DNA of 64,000 nucleotides from the UHGV virus genome UHGV-0287696; one strand, written 5' to 3'. The DNA comes from a virus. The notes below the pieces were generated by a model. It saw nothing but the letters and a program-made list of their open reading frames with translations, was not told the DNA's origin and did no database searches. Each line of letters begins with the position of its first letter. Position 1 is the stretch's first letter. The position numbers were made by a program, and so were the translations under genes. Shown here in pieces: positions 37,656-47,463 of this stretch.

Positions 37656-38051
37656 ATGACCGCAATAATAGGTATAATGTCAAGAAAAGCTGATGTCATT
37701 AAGACATTTATCGACCAATATAACAACTCACCGTATACGCGTCTTAGATTGCGTAAACCCCAGAATAGCACCGAATGGGTTCGCTGGTTTAATATTTGGG
37801 ATAAAACAATAAGTAAAATCAATCCGTTATTCAGAATTAGGATTGAGCCTGCTTATTGGATTGTAATGGAAATATCGCTATTACGTATTCTCGAAAAACG
37901 TCCTATAGACGTAAAGACGATGTTTGGGGTAGATACGTATAAAATGTTGAACAATGGTTTTGTGGGTAATGGGGAACACACATTGTATCAAGCGATGTTG
38001 GAAATGTGTTTGTTCGATTTAGTTACTTACGAATTGGGGATTTCAAAATGA
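37656..38051 (+). CDS. hypothetical protein
   Basis: 131-aa ORF, RBS AGGAGAA. Confidence 0.45.
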   Translation: MTAIIGIMSRKADVIKTFIDQYNNSPYTRLRLRKPQNSTEWVRWFNIWDKTISKINPLFRIRIEPAYWIVMEISLLRILEKRPIDVKTMFGVDTYKMLNNGFVGNGEHTLYQAMLEMCLFDLVTYELGISK

Positions 38052-38512
38052 ATTACTTCGAATCTAAAGAAATTGTTGAGTTGTTTAAACAGCGTGAGAA
38101 AACTGCTTTCCGTGACTTGTACGATTCTGATTATCGCCCACTGTTTGCGGTATTAATGCGACTGGATAAAGAACCCGAAGTCGCGTTAGCAGAGGTACAG
38201 CACCACCACGTCAGTTTCGTATTAACCGAAAACATGAGTCGGTGGGTAGATGGTATGCTGATCCGTATTGGGCTCTTGGAAACGCCGCATCGTTGGGAAG
38301 TGGTTATTCAGAAATCACTATTCCCACGGGAAGACATTTTCAACAAATATCGTCCGAAGCAGTATTACAATCACGACGGGTCACCAAAACGTCCTTTCCT
38401 GGCACCCCAACATTTTGTAACCTACGTAACACTACGTTATAAAGACACTGTGGTGCCGTTTGACACCTATCTGGAAATGCGTGAGATAATTTTAGGGAAG
38501 AATCCAACATGA
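38048..38512 (+). CDS. hypothetical protein
   Basis: ATG 38048 overlaps the upstream stop (track start 38006 is an alternative codon). Confidence 0.45.
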   Translation: MNYFESKEIVELFKQREKTAFRDLYDSDYRPLFAVLMRLDKEPEVALAEVQHHHVSFVLTENMSRWVDGMLIRIGLLETPHRWEVVIQKSLFPREDIFNKYRPKQYYNHDGSPKRPFLAPQHFVTYVTLRYKDTVVPFDTYLEMREIILGKNPT

Positions 38513-38991
38513 ATCAATTTTCTGTTGATGCAGAAAGACTAGCGTCATTTAAAGAGCGTAGTCAGTTTGCAGTTAAAAACGGCTATATTGAAAAAGGTGT
38601 TCGTGACACCTGCAAGCTAATCAACGACCATCCACACTTGGCGACAATGTGGAGTTGTGAAGGTCACGGTATGTATTCTAAGTCACCTGGAAATCTGCAT
38701 ATCGTTTTTGCAACAGACGCTATTGGAAGTCAGATTCCAATGCAGGTTATGACTGAACTTGCAAAATCGGATTTACCGAATTTCTGGAATCTTAGTTTGT
38801 GTCGTCTTTATATACCAGATGCATACACGGATTTGGTATATCTTGAACCTGATTACGGGTTAAATACCGACGACACTTCTTACTGGTCTTGGAAAATTGG
38901 ATACATGTGCTTGATTAATCGTCCCGCGTTAATTGAGACACGTCAAGCTCTTTACAAAGCATTTCATACAGTATTAGTTGAGAATAAATAA
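38509..38991 (+). CDS. hypothetical protein
   Basis: 160-aa ORF, coupled start. Confidence 0.45.
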   Translation: MNQFSVDAERLASFKERSQFAVKNGYIEKGVRDTCKLINDHPHLATMWSCEGHGMYSKSPGNLHIVFATDAIGSQIPMQVMTELAKSDLPNFWNLSLCRLYIPDAYTDLVYLEPDYGLNTDDTSYWSWKIGYMCLINRPALIETRQALYKAFHTVLVENK

Positions 38992-39683
38992 TGGCTACCA
39001 AACAAAAGAAACCGCGTAACAAAAAGTATAATCCGAAAGCCGCTGCTAACCGTACTGCGCACACCATTGCTGAAAATGCGCTAAACCGCATTACTTTCGT
39101 TGGTAGCTCTATTCGTCCTATCGGTCCGTACGCGGGCCGTGGTTTCCAGTTTACAACGTCACCGCGTATGCGCATGGCGGCTACCGATATGTTAATCGGT
39201 GGTTTGTTTGACGAGCCACGTAACTGGAAACTGTGGGTTGCGCATCTGTACGAAACAGATAATGGTGTGCAAGCAGAAACCATCGTGGCAACGCTTGACG
39301 ACTACACGTTAAGTGATTTCTGTCAACACGGTGACAAGATCATCAAGTCGCTACGCGAGACGGAAGAAAACTACTTCGGTTATGCTTTCGTTGCTGCACC
39401 TAACGAACGTTATGATTTTGACCAGGGAGAAGAACGCTTACTGGAAAACTTCATGCATTCGGGTCTGTTAGACAAATCCTTACACTTACCTGAAGAAGAA
39501 CTGATGGTTACACGTAAGGACATGGTAACGTTGCTGTTAGCTGATCGTGGTCGTTTTGATATTACCGAATCACATGTACGTAAAGTACAGAAACTTGTGG
39601 ATAAGGTAGACGAAACTGACCTGGACACTAACGAAGTCGCAACCCGTATCCAATCGGTAGTGAATCAGGAAGAGGATTACTAA
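38991..39683 (+). CDS. hypothetical protein (basic N-terminus)
   Basis: 230-aa ORF; N-terminal KQKKPRNKKYNPKAAANR; fairly optimised codons. Confidence 0.5.
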   Translation: MATKQKKPRNKKYNPKAAANRTAHTIAENALNRITFVGSSIRPIGPYAGRGFQFTTSPRMRMAATDMLIGGLFDEPRNWKLWVAHLYETDNGVQAETIVATLDDYTLSDFCQHGDKIIKSLRETEENYFGYAFVAAPNERYDFDQGEERLLENFMHSGLLDKSLHLPEEELMVTRKDMVTLLLADRGRFDITESHVRKVQKLVDKVDETDLDTNEVATRIQSVVNQEEDY

Positions 39684-39685
39684 GC

Positions 39686-40207
39686 GTGATAGCGCGACTT
39701 GCGAGTTGGTTTAAGCAACGTCGGGCAAAGGCGGTCGAATGGCCGCCTATTACGCACGATGAAAAGGTGGTTGCTTTTCTGAATTATAACAAAGACTTGA
39801 AAAGATTAGGCGAGTTAATGCGCTTAACGGAACGTCAGGTTTTTGCTAAGATTTCAAGCAGCGCGTTACGTAAAGAAGTGTTCCCACACTTATCCTTTAT
39901 GGAACAAATCCATGCTGAAAGTGTGGAGAAATTTCTTTCGTTAGTAAATAATGAAACTCCACGTATACGGTACTCGGTTACGGATTCATCTGATGCTGTC
40001 GGTACGGTCAATTTCGGACGATTGTATCAGAGCATTAAAGACGTGGGCCATATACATGTTAAACGAGTATCAGAAACATCTGTAGTGATTTATCACCATA
40101 CTGAGCATGATTTGTTAGGGTGCGTTATAACACTAACAAATTTACATAGTTTTTACGTTGATTTACTTACAGGGTTTTATCCAGAACCATGGTGTTTTAT
40201 ACGATGA
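39686..40207 (+). CDS. hypothetical protein
   Basis: GTG start with GGAAGAGGA upstream. Confidence 0.4.
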   Translation: MIARLASWFKQRRAKAVEWPPITHDEKVVAFLNYNKDLKRLGELMRLTERQVFAKISSSALRKEVFPHLSFMEQIHAESVEKFLSLVNNETPRIRYSVTDSSDAVGTVNFGRLYQSIKDVGHIHVKRVSETSVVIYHHTEHDLLGCVITLTNLHSFYVDLLTGFYPEPWCFIR

Positions 40208-40413
40208 AAAGAGCTAATGGATACATCATCTCAGCGATTGTTTCAACCGTGCTGGTTGTGACGATGCTGATGTTTTATGTCCGTGTGTCAGATGACTCGC
40301 GCAAAGAAAGTCTTTATCGTGAGTGTATGTCAGGAAAGACCGTAGACGATCCGCGTTACGCCGAATTAGTAATGGCGTGTACGGAATACGCTAAACGAAT
40401 GGGAGATGGATGA
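40204..40413 (+). CDS. small membrane protein (69 aa)
   Basis: ATG 40204 (ATGA overlap); single TM segment GYIISAIVSTVLVVTMLMFYV; paralogous layout to the next ORF. Confidence 0.4.
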   Translation: MKRANGYIISAIVSTVLVVTMLMFYVRVSDDSRKESLYRECMSGKTVDDPRYAELVMACTEYAKRMGDG

Positions 40414-40610
40414 TGAAAATTTGGTTGCCGATTCTAGTTTTTATCCTTATCGCAGGTGCACTAGCAAGTGCTGAGTACGATAATCGTGTTCTAGAAACAA
40501 AACGTGAATTGTATCAGGATTGTATAAAGGATTACACACCCGGTACAGAGCTTCATGCACAGGCTGTGAAAAGTTGTGCGTTGATGGCTGAATCGCAGAC
40601 TCGTTCCTAA
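40410..40610 (+). CDS. small membrane or secreted protein (66 aa)
   Basis: MMKIWLPILVFILIAGALASA signal/TM, then a Cys-containing domain similar to the preceding ORF. Confidence 0.4.
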   Translation: MMKIWLPILVFILIAGALASAEYDNRVLETKRELYQDCIKDYTPGTELHAQAVKSCALMAESQTRS

Positions 40611-40984
40611 TGCGTATCTGGACGTTACAGCTCGCTAAGTGGCGGTTAGCTAAGCAGAAAGGGTTTCACGCAGTGGATATCACTGTGAAGTCAGGGCGAA
40701 AGGAACTCGCCCCCGATTGGGATTTCTTGATGGCGTATAAAAACTCTGCAAAGGATGCAGCTGCTGAACGCGAGTACACGCTAAAGTATTTGTACAAACT
40801 CGAACGACTGTTAGATACCGACGCCGAAACTTTAGTGTCGTTACTTAGGCACGAAGATTTGGTTTTGATGTGTTATTGTCCCGCAGGCAAGTTTTGCCAT
40901 CGTCATCTACTGGCGAGCAAGCTTCAAGAAGTGGGATTGATGTTCGGTATCGACGTTGAGTTGTGTGGAGAATTAATCGAATGA
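40610..40984 (+). CDS. DUF4326-like protein (putative)
   Basis: C-terminal LVLMCYCPAGKFCHRHLLA resembles the CxC...CH motif I associate with DUF4326 phage proteins. Confidence 0.3.
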   Translation: MRIWTLQLAKWRLAKQKGFHAVDITVKSGRKELAPDWDFLMAYKNSAKDAAAEREYTLKYLYKLERLLDTDAETLVSLLRHEDLVLMCYCPAGKFCHRHLLASKLQEVGLMFGIDVELCGELIE

Positions 40985-41415
40985 AAGTAAAAGCAGAAAT
41001 AACGGTGATACCTGAAAGACAGGATATTAAAGTTAAAGGGTTATTATTGACATTACCTCGTTCGGATTTCTACGATCCTGAAAATCCCGCCGCAGCGTTT
41101 GCGCGCCTACTAAGACATCACATGAGCGTTTGTGAGGCTATTAAAGATCCTACAGAATTCAATACTGACTTTCCAAAAACTGTCAGTATTGAATTTTCTG
41201 GTGGCCATCTTACTGACATCATGGTGACAGCGGACGATAATAACGTTGAAGTTTATGGTGAGTTTTGTCCGGGTGGTGTATACGGTGACGATGTTCGAAA
41301 CTTTATTATTGAGCATGGTTACGTAGATCTAAAACCACGCATAATGTATCGCAACGATAAAATTTTAGAAATCCGATTCTTTGATATCAATCTAGCAAAG
41401 TCCGTTAAAGCGTAG
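40981..41415 (+). CDS. hypothetical protein
   Basis: ATG 40981 overlapping the upstream stop. Confidence 0.45.
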   Translation: MKVKAEITVIPERQDIKVKGLLLTLPRSDFYDPENPAAAFARLLRHHMSVCEAIKDPTEFNTDFPKTVSIEFSGGHLTDIMVTADDNNVEVYGEFCPGGVYGDDVRNFIIEHGYVDLKPRIMYRNDKILEIRFFDINLAKSVKA

Positions 41416-41448
41416 TAACTACTTCGATTTTTAGCTGTAAAATGACTG

Positions 41449-41492
41449 CCTACCGCCCGATTCTATGGGCGGTAGGTGTTTTTATTTTTTTT
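41449..41492 (+). terminator. intrinsic terminator
   Basis: cctaccgccc-gattctat-gggcggtagg followed by tgtttttattttttttg. Confidence 0.75.
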
Positions 41493-41508
41493 GATCTGGG
41501 AGGTTTTA

Positions 41509-42069
41509 GTGACTACTTACGTACCTGATTTAAGTCTGGCCTCAGCCGAATTAGTGGTCGCTTTAATCAACCACGATAACGGTTCACGGTTGTCTCTAAA
41601 CGAAATCCGTATTAGCAACATTATGGCAAACCCGTCCCCGACCACTTCGCGTCGTAACACACTGACAGAGATTACAAAAATCAGGAAACCTGATGGTGCT
41701 TCTGTGGTTGTTTATTACGACCGTTTGGATGCGGACGAAGTGTTAGCGTCTGAACCTATTTTGATTTCGTTAGACGGTACCGAAGACAACCTTCGTGACA
41801 TTTTAGGTGTTGTAAATGAATTCTGCGGAACGAACTTACAACCCGAAGATTTACGTGCTGCAGATATCACCTTAGGTAACGAACCCATTGCTGTTAACGT
41901 TGCTGACGATTCTCCTGCGTGGATGAATGCGTTTATGGTAACGTTATTCGATACAACCGAACGAGCATTAGCAAACGAAGATGACGCGATCTTCTGTATT
42001 GGTGATGATGCTGTTCTTACTTTTGAGGTTCCAGATGACGACACAGCTGAAGAAAACCCGGCTACATGA
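41509..42069 (+). CDS. tail-associated protein carrying the recurrent anchor-like domain
   Basis: GTG 41509 with GGGAGG RBS; ~160 aa homologous to the C-terminal domain of ORF 47464 (VVALINHD..VVYYDRLDA..DILGVVNEFCGTNLQPEDL..VLTF). Confidence 0.45.
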   Translation: MTTYVPDLSLASAELVVALINHDNGSRLSLNEIRISNIMANPSPTTSRRNTLTEITKIRKPDGASVVVYYDRLDADEVLASEPILISLDGTEDNLRDILGVVNEFCGTNLQPEDLRAADITLGNEPIAVNVADDSPAWMNAFMVTLFDTTERALANEDDAIFCIGDDAVLTFEVPDDDTAEENPAT

Positions 42070-42271
42070 ACTTGACCGTTTTACCGGTAATGGAGGCCAA
42101 CGCAAACTTTTATCAAAACTTAACAATCCCAAATCATGAAGCGCGGAGTTGGGCATCACTTTCACGTTAGAAGATGATGGATTAAAACCAGTATAATAAT
42201 CCGCTTATAAAAATGTTGAGGGGTAAAACACTTCCTCAGATCTTTTAGCTCCCGATAGAGAATTAAATATC

Positions 42272-45200
42272 ATGGCTAAAGCGGTAAAGAAAATTCGTTT
42301 ACACGATTTACGTCCATACACCGGGGATATCGGTGAAGGCGTTTTACTTTTTTCGAAAGACGAAAGGGATTATCAGTTACCTGTCCGCGAGATTGTTGCG
42401 GATATTGACACCGTCAGAAACGCGGTTGCCGACGCACAAACGGCGGCGGCCAAATCGCAACAGTCTGCAACAGAAGCCACACAAGCAAAAGACTTAGCAG
42501 AAACCGCGAAGCAACAAACTGACACGTTAGCTTCCACCGTTAGCGAGCAAGCGGGAACCGTTGCCACTAAAACTGCTGAGGTTAGCAAAAAACACGCTGA
42601 AGTTTTAGCCGCGAAAACTGCCGTAGATACTGTATTACAGTCGGTAAATGAGAAAGCTCAAGCTGTCGCTACAAGCGAACAATCGGTGACGGCTGCAGCG
42701 GCTGATGTAACTAAGAAAGCAGAAACGGTTACGCAACAGGCCGGACAAGTTCAACAGACGGCTACCGGTGTCGAGAATACTGCGGCTTCAGTTGAGGCCA
42801 GTAAGGGCGCAGTGGAGAAGATTGCTGCACAGGTCGCGAAAGATAAAGAAAGTTCAGAAGGCGCAGCAACACGTTCGGAGTCAGCTGCCTTACGTGCGGA
42901 GAAAATCGCTGCGCAGGGCTTAATCGACGCTAGTACAACCGGTAAAGGTATCGTTAAACTTAACGATACACTGACTAGCGAATCCGTGACTGAGGCTGCC
43001 ACACCGTCCACGGTTAAACAGCTGAATGACGAATTACAGTTAAAAGCCAATAAACATTCGCCGAATTTTACGGGTAAACCGTCATCCCCAACACCCCCGA
43101 AAGATTCAAACGACACGAGTATTTCCACAACGGCCTGGGTGCGTGACGCGATTGCGGAACTGGTTGGTTCTTCACCCGAGACGTTAAATACCTTAGCGGA
43201 ATTAGCTGAGGCGTTAGGTAATGACCCTAACTTCGCAACAACGATTACTGGGGAACTTGCGCAGAAACAACCCCTCAGTCCGTTGCTCACCGCCATTGCC
43301 GCAGTCACCACAGCGGCAAACAAACTCATGTATTTCACTGGCAGTAATAAAGTCGGATTAACGGATTTTACAGAAACGGCTAGATCCTTGTTAGCGAAAG
43401 GGTCAACTGCGGATATCATCAATTTCTTGGGATTAAAAGCCACTGTAGATAAAGCGAATAGCGCGTTACAGAAAAACTCTAACGGCGCTGATATCCCAGA
43501 TAAAGAAATGTTTGCTCGCAATATCGGTCTGTCTCCTGACACCTATCTGCGTTTCCGTGGCGAAATGCCAGTAGATGCCGATATTAACACATTTGCTCCT
43601 GATGCCAATTACACAGGAACGTGGGCTAAGTCGACGTCAACCAATGCGTCGATGGCAAAACATTTCCCAGAAGACGGTGCAGTCGGTTATCTGGAAGTGT
43701 ATAAAGCCGGTAATTACAGTGGCGCACAGCGTTTTACCTGCCGTAATGGTAACGTGTACAACCGTATGCTGAGTGGCGCGTGGAATGGTGCCAATGGACC
43801 CTGGTCACCGTGGAGAATGGTAACTACTGGTGTACGTCCGTTATCTACCTCTATAGACTTGAACAGTTTGGGTGGCGCTGAGCATATGGGTAACTGGCGA
43901 AACTCGTCCAGTTCGCTGGCTGTTTTTAGCAGACATTACCCTGAAGAAGGTGGTGGCGCGCAAGGCGTACTAGAAGTAATGGAAGGTGGTCTTTTCGGAC
44001 GGTTGCAACGATACACCACACGTCGTGGTACAATGTATGTCCGTGGTTTGACCGCAACGTGGGATTCATCAAACCCGCAATGGGAAGATTGGATTCAGGT
44101 TGGTTATCAGACTGACGGTGCTTTCTTTAAAGCCAATTTTGACGATCTCGTTAAACCGGGACGTTTCAGTGTCACTGGTGAAGCAACTAATGGTCCACTT
44201 ACCGGTTCTTCTGGTGAAACCATATTAGGCGTTTGTGAAGTTACCTTACGCTTAGACGGTACAGGGGTCGAACAGAATTATACTACATACGGTACGGGTG
44301 TAGAAACTAAAGGTCGTAAATTCCAACGTATCCGTACGGGTAACGCTTGGAGCGATTGGCGCGAGATTTTCACATCATATTCGCTTCCGTTAGTATTAGG
44401 TATAGGCGGTGAACGCGCGAATGTTGATCCTTTAGACTGGCAAACCTATGACTTTAAACCGGGTGAGTTAATCTGTACACCACTTAACACCATGAAAAAC
44501 ATTCCTGCGGGAATGGATTGGGGTGTTATTGACGGTAACTTAGTTAGCATTCTGGTTGGTCCATCAGATGGCGCATCCTCAGGCCGGAGTATGTTGGTTT
44601 GGCGTAGTACGGTGTCTACTGCCAACTATCGATTCTTTGCAGTACGTATCGCCGGTGAGAAAGGTAGTCGTACGATTACACCACGACAGATGCCTGTATT
44701 GAATGCAGCACACACCTGGGCAGAAAAACAGACCTTTGCAAAAGGGTTAGCAGGTGAGTTAACAGGCAATGCTTCAACCGCAACGAAATTAAAGACCGCA
44801 CGTAGAATTGGTGGAGTCGCTTTCGACGGCAGTGGTGATATTAACCTCCCAGGTGTTAACCAACAGGGTAATCAAAACACCACGGGTAATGCCGGTACAG
44901 CCACTAAACTTCAAACCGCCAGAAATATTAACGGTGTGAGGTTCGATGGTTCTGCTGACATCAATATCAACACCCTGGTAGGTCGTGGTCGGGTTACTGC
45001 ACTAACCGGTTCAAACAAAGGTACGCCTGGTATTCAGATGTACGAAGTTTACAATAACGGTTATCCGACCGCTTATGGTAACTTGCTGCATTTGGGCGGT
45101 TCTACTGCATTAGGTGAAGGTGAACTGTTAATCGGTTGGTCGGGCACGAGTGGTGCGCACGCACCCGTTTATATTCGTAGTCGACGTGATACAGCGGATG

Positions 45201-46870
45201 CGCCGTGGTCAGATTGGGCACAAGTTTATACTGCCCGTGATAGTATTCCTGGTGTAAATACCACCGGTAATCAAGATACTACTGGTAACGCTGCTACCGC
45301 GACGAAACTGAAAACTGCTCGCAGAATCGGGGGCGTTACCTTTGACGGTACTGGGGATATCAATTTACCGGGGGTTAACCAGCAAGGTAACCAGAATACG
45401 ACAGGTAATGCAGCAACCGCTACTAAGTTACAAACAGCACGTAAGATCGGCGGTGTTAACTTTGACGGTTCGCAAGACATTAGTCTGCCCGGTGTGAACC
45501 AAACCGGTAACCAATCGACTACGGGGAATGCTGCGACAGCGACTAAGCTCCAGACTGCGCGAAATATAGGTGGCGTAGCTTTTGATGGTACTAAAGACAT
45601 CAACTTACCTGGCGTAAACCAAACGGGTAATCAGTCGACCACCGGAAACGCGGCCACTGCAACAAAATTGCAGACAGCGCGTACCATTAACGGTATCGCA
45701 TTTGACGGCACTAAAAACATCGAAATAACGGCTGAAAGTTTAAATCTTGGTCAAACTGTAGAATTGGCCGGTGGGTCATTGCAGAAGAAACAGAACGGTG
45801 CCGATATTCCAGATAAGAGAAAATTCTTACGAAATGTTGGTGCCGCGAACACAACAACTGTGTCTTTTAATGGTGGTGCCGGATGGTTCAAACTGGCAAC
45901 TGTAACGATGCCGCAAGCCAGTTCCGTGGTTTACATAAGCCTGATTGGTGGTGCAGGGTTTAACGTTGGTTCCCCGCATCAAGCAGGTATCTCTGAGCTG
46001 GTTCTGCGTGCAGGAAATGGGAATCCAAAAGGTATTACTGGTGCGTTATGGCGACTGACTTCAGTCGGCTTCGCTAATTTTGCATGGGTGAATACATCTG
46101 GTGACACTTACGATATTTATGTTGAAATAGGTAATTACGCCACCGGTGTTACTATTCAGTGGGATTACACTAGTAATGCCAACGTAACGATTCATACATC
46201 GCCAAGTTATACGGCTAATAAACCCGCAGGACTAACAGACGGTACCGTCTATCTGATTTACAGCACACACAACAAGCCTAACGCTGGTGACATCGGTGCG
46301 TTACCGTCAGGGGGCGGTACTATAGGTGGCGATTTAACCGTTAACGGTAAATTGGTCACTAAGTACCCTGATTTTCGAATCGCTTACGGCAACTACGGCT
46401 TTATGTTACGTAACGATGGTGCCAATACCTATTTCTTAGTAACCGACGCCGGTCAAGCTGCAACGGGTTCCTGGAACGGTCTACGTCCGTTGTATTTTAA
46501 TAATGCTAACGGTCAAGTAACCTTTGGTCATAACGTTACTGGCAGCGGTAACGGTTCGTTTAACGACGTACAGATTCGTTCTGACCGTCGTAACAAACGT
46601 AATCTGGTGAAACTAGATAAAGCTTTGGATCGGTTAGAGTTACTAACCGGTTATTTGTACGAAATTCAGCATCCTGACGACGGCTGGCAGACCTCTGTAG
46701 GTTTAATTGCCCAAGACGCATTAGAAGCGTTACCTGAACTTGTGTCTGAGGACGACGATGCCATTTCAGGCGAAAAACGTTTACGTCTAAACTACAATGG
46801 CGTTATTGCGCTGTTAGTAGAGGGGATGAAATCCCTTCGCCAAGAGCTTAAAGAGCTTAAGGAGAAATAA
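42272..46870 (+). CDS. tail fibre protein with Ala-rich N-terminal region, ~40-aa tandem repeats and C-terminal S74 intramolecular chaperone domain
   Basis: 1532 aa; repeats NxTGNAATATKLQTARxIGGVxFDGxxDINLPGV about seven times; C-terminus SDRRNKRNLVKLDKALDRLELLTGYLYE...GLIAQDALEALPELV is the classic S74 auto-cleaving chaperone signature. Confidence 0.8.
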   Translation: MAKAVKKIRLHDLRPYTGDIGEGVLLFSKDERDYQLPVREIVADIDTVRNAVADAQTAAAKSQQSATEATQAKDLAETAKQQTDTLASTVSEQAGTVATKTAEVSKKHAEVLAAKTAVDTVLQSVNEKAQAVATSEQSVTAAAADVTKKAETVTQQAGQVQQTATGVENTAASVEASKGAVEKIAAQVAKDKESSEGAATRSESAALRAEKIAAQGLIDASTTGKGIVKLNDTLTSESVTEAATPSTVKQLNDELQLKANKHSPNFTGKPSSPTPPKDSNDTSISTTAWVRDAIAELVGSSPETLNTLAELAEALGNDPNFATTITGELAQKQPLSPLLTAIAAVTTAANKLMYFTGSNKVGLTDFTETARSLLAKGSTADIINFLGLKATVDKANSALQKNSNGADIPDKEMFARNIGLSPDTYLRFRGEMPVDADINTFAPDANYTGTWAKSTSTNASMAKHFPEDGAVGYLEVYKAGNYSGAQRFTCRNGNVYNRMLSGAWNGANGPWSPWRMVTTGVRPLSTSIDLNSLGGAEHMGNWRNSSSSLAVFSRHYPEEGGGAQGVLEVMEGGLFGRLQRYTTRRGTMYVRGLTATWDSSNPQWEDWIQVGYQTDGAFFKANFDDLVKPGRFSVTGEATNGPLTGSSGETILGVCEVTLRLDGTGVEQNYTTYGTGVETKGRKFQRIRTGNAWSDWREIFTSYSLPLVLGIGGERANVDPLDWQTYDFKPGELICTPLNTMKNIPAGMDWGVIDGNLVSILVGPSDGASSGRSMLVWRSTVSTANYRFFAVRIAGEKGSRTITPRQMPVLNAAHTWAEKQTFAKGLAGELTGNASTATKLKTARRIGGVAFDGSGDINLPGVNQQGNQNTTGNAGTATKLQTARNINGVRFDGSADININTLVGRGRVTALTGSNKGTPGIQMYEVYNNGYPTAYGNLLHLGGSTALGEGELLIGWSGTSGAHAPVYIRSRRDTADAPWSDWAQVYTARDSIPGVNTTGNQDTTGNAATATKLKTARRIGGVTFDGTGDINLPGVNQQGNQNTTGNAATATKLQTARKIGGVNFDGSQDISLPGVNQTGNQSTTGNAATATKLQTARNIGGVAFDGTKDINLPGVNQTGNQSTTGNAATATKLQTARTINGIAFDGTKNIEITAESLNLGQTVELAGGSLQKKQNGADIPDKRKFLRNVGAANTTTVSFNGGAGWFKLATVTMPQASSVVYISLIGGAGFNVGSPHQAGISELVLRAGNGNPKGITGALWRLTSVGFANFAWVNTSGDTYDIYVEIGNYATGVTIQWDYTSNANVTIHTSPSYTANKPAGLTDGTVYLIYSTHNKPNAGDIGALPSGGGTIGGDLTVNGKLVTKYPDFRIAYGNYGFMLRNDGANTYFLVTDAGQAATGSWNGLRPLYFNNANGQVTFGHNVTGSGNGSFNDVQIRSDRRNKRNLVKLDKALDRLELLTGYLYEIQHPDDGWQTSVGLIAQDALEALPELVSEDDDAISGEKRLRLNYNGVIALLVEGMKSLRQELKELKEK
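44761..44990 (+). repeat. tandem coding repeats (block 1) within tail fibre gene
   Basis: Two ~120-bp units encoding GNASTATKLKTARRIGGVAFDG.. and GNAGTATKLQTARNINGVRFDG.. Confidence 0.6.
45250..45720 (+). repeat. tandem coding repeats (block 2, about four units of ~120 bp) within tail fibre gene
   Basis: Repeated ggtaa(c/t)ca..ac(c/t)acgggtaatgc.gc.ac.gc.ac.aa..t.ca.ac.gc encoding GNQxTTGNAATATKLQTAR. Confidence 0.65.
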
Positions 46871-46872
46871 AA

Positions 46873-47376
46873 ATGGGGGTAGCATCTGGATGGGTCGGTT
46901 CTTCGGCCAAGAACGAAACGGGCGAACAATGGATGAGCGCTGCTGGTAGTAAATTAGGATTGGGTAGACCTTTTATGATGAGTCAAATGGTGGGACGATC
47001 AATGGGCTGTAAAATTGCAACTGCTGCATATAGCGATTCTTTAGGTAAGAAATGGGGCGCGGTAGGGCCAAGCTGGCCGTTAAACCAGAAAAATCAGGGA
47101 ACCATTCAAAACGCGGGTAACTGCGGGGTGGGAACTTTAGTAGGTATCGAGTTACAGTTAACGACGATAGTTGCTAACGCAAAACCCACTTTAGCGGTTT
47201 ACTTACAAGGTGGGAGAGCCTCTAACATTACCGTAAATTTAGGTGGCAACACTTGTACGCTGACCTATCAGCAGGTTATTAACGGACAGCATTATTACTG
47301 GACTAATAACATCAGCGCTGCGTTCCAAAACGTGATGAAATCAACCGGTACACTGAGAGATTTCAAAATTAGTTAA
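46873..47376 (+). CDS. hypothetical protein downstream of tail fibre (fibre accessory?)
   Basis: 167-aa Gly/Ser-rich ORF starting 3 nt after the fibre stop. Confidence 0.45.
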   Translation: MGVASGWVGSSAKNETGEQWMSAAGSKLGLGRPFMMSQMVGRSMGCKIATAAYSDSLGKKWGAVGPSWPLNQKNQGTIQNAGNCGVGTLVGIELQLTTIVANAKPTLAVYLQGGRASNITVNLGGNTCTLTYQQVINGQHYYWTNNISAAFQNVMKSTGTLRDFKIS

Positions 47377-47463
47377 TTATTTTTCAAGTGGAAGCGCTTG
47401 AAATCGTAATCGGGGGGATGTTTTAAAAGACTTTCTACGTCCCCCTAAACTTAAAGGTGTGTT

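Noticed and set aside
42373-45603. - strand ORFs (42373..42588, 42751..43542, 45271..45603) within the tail fibre gene
   Set aside because: Antisense artefacts of the Ala-rich and repeat regions; the 45271 ORF merely mirrors the tandem coding repeats.
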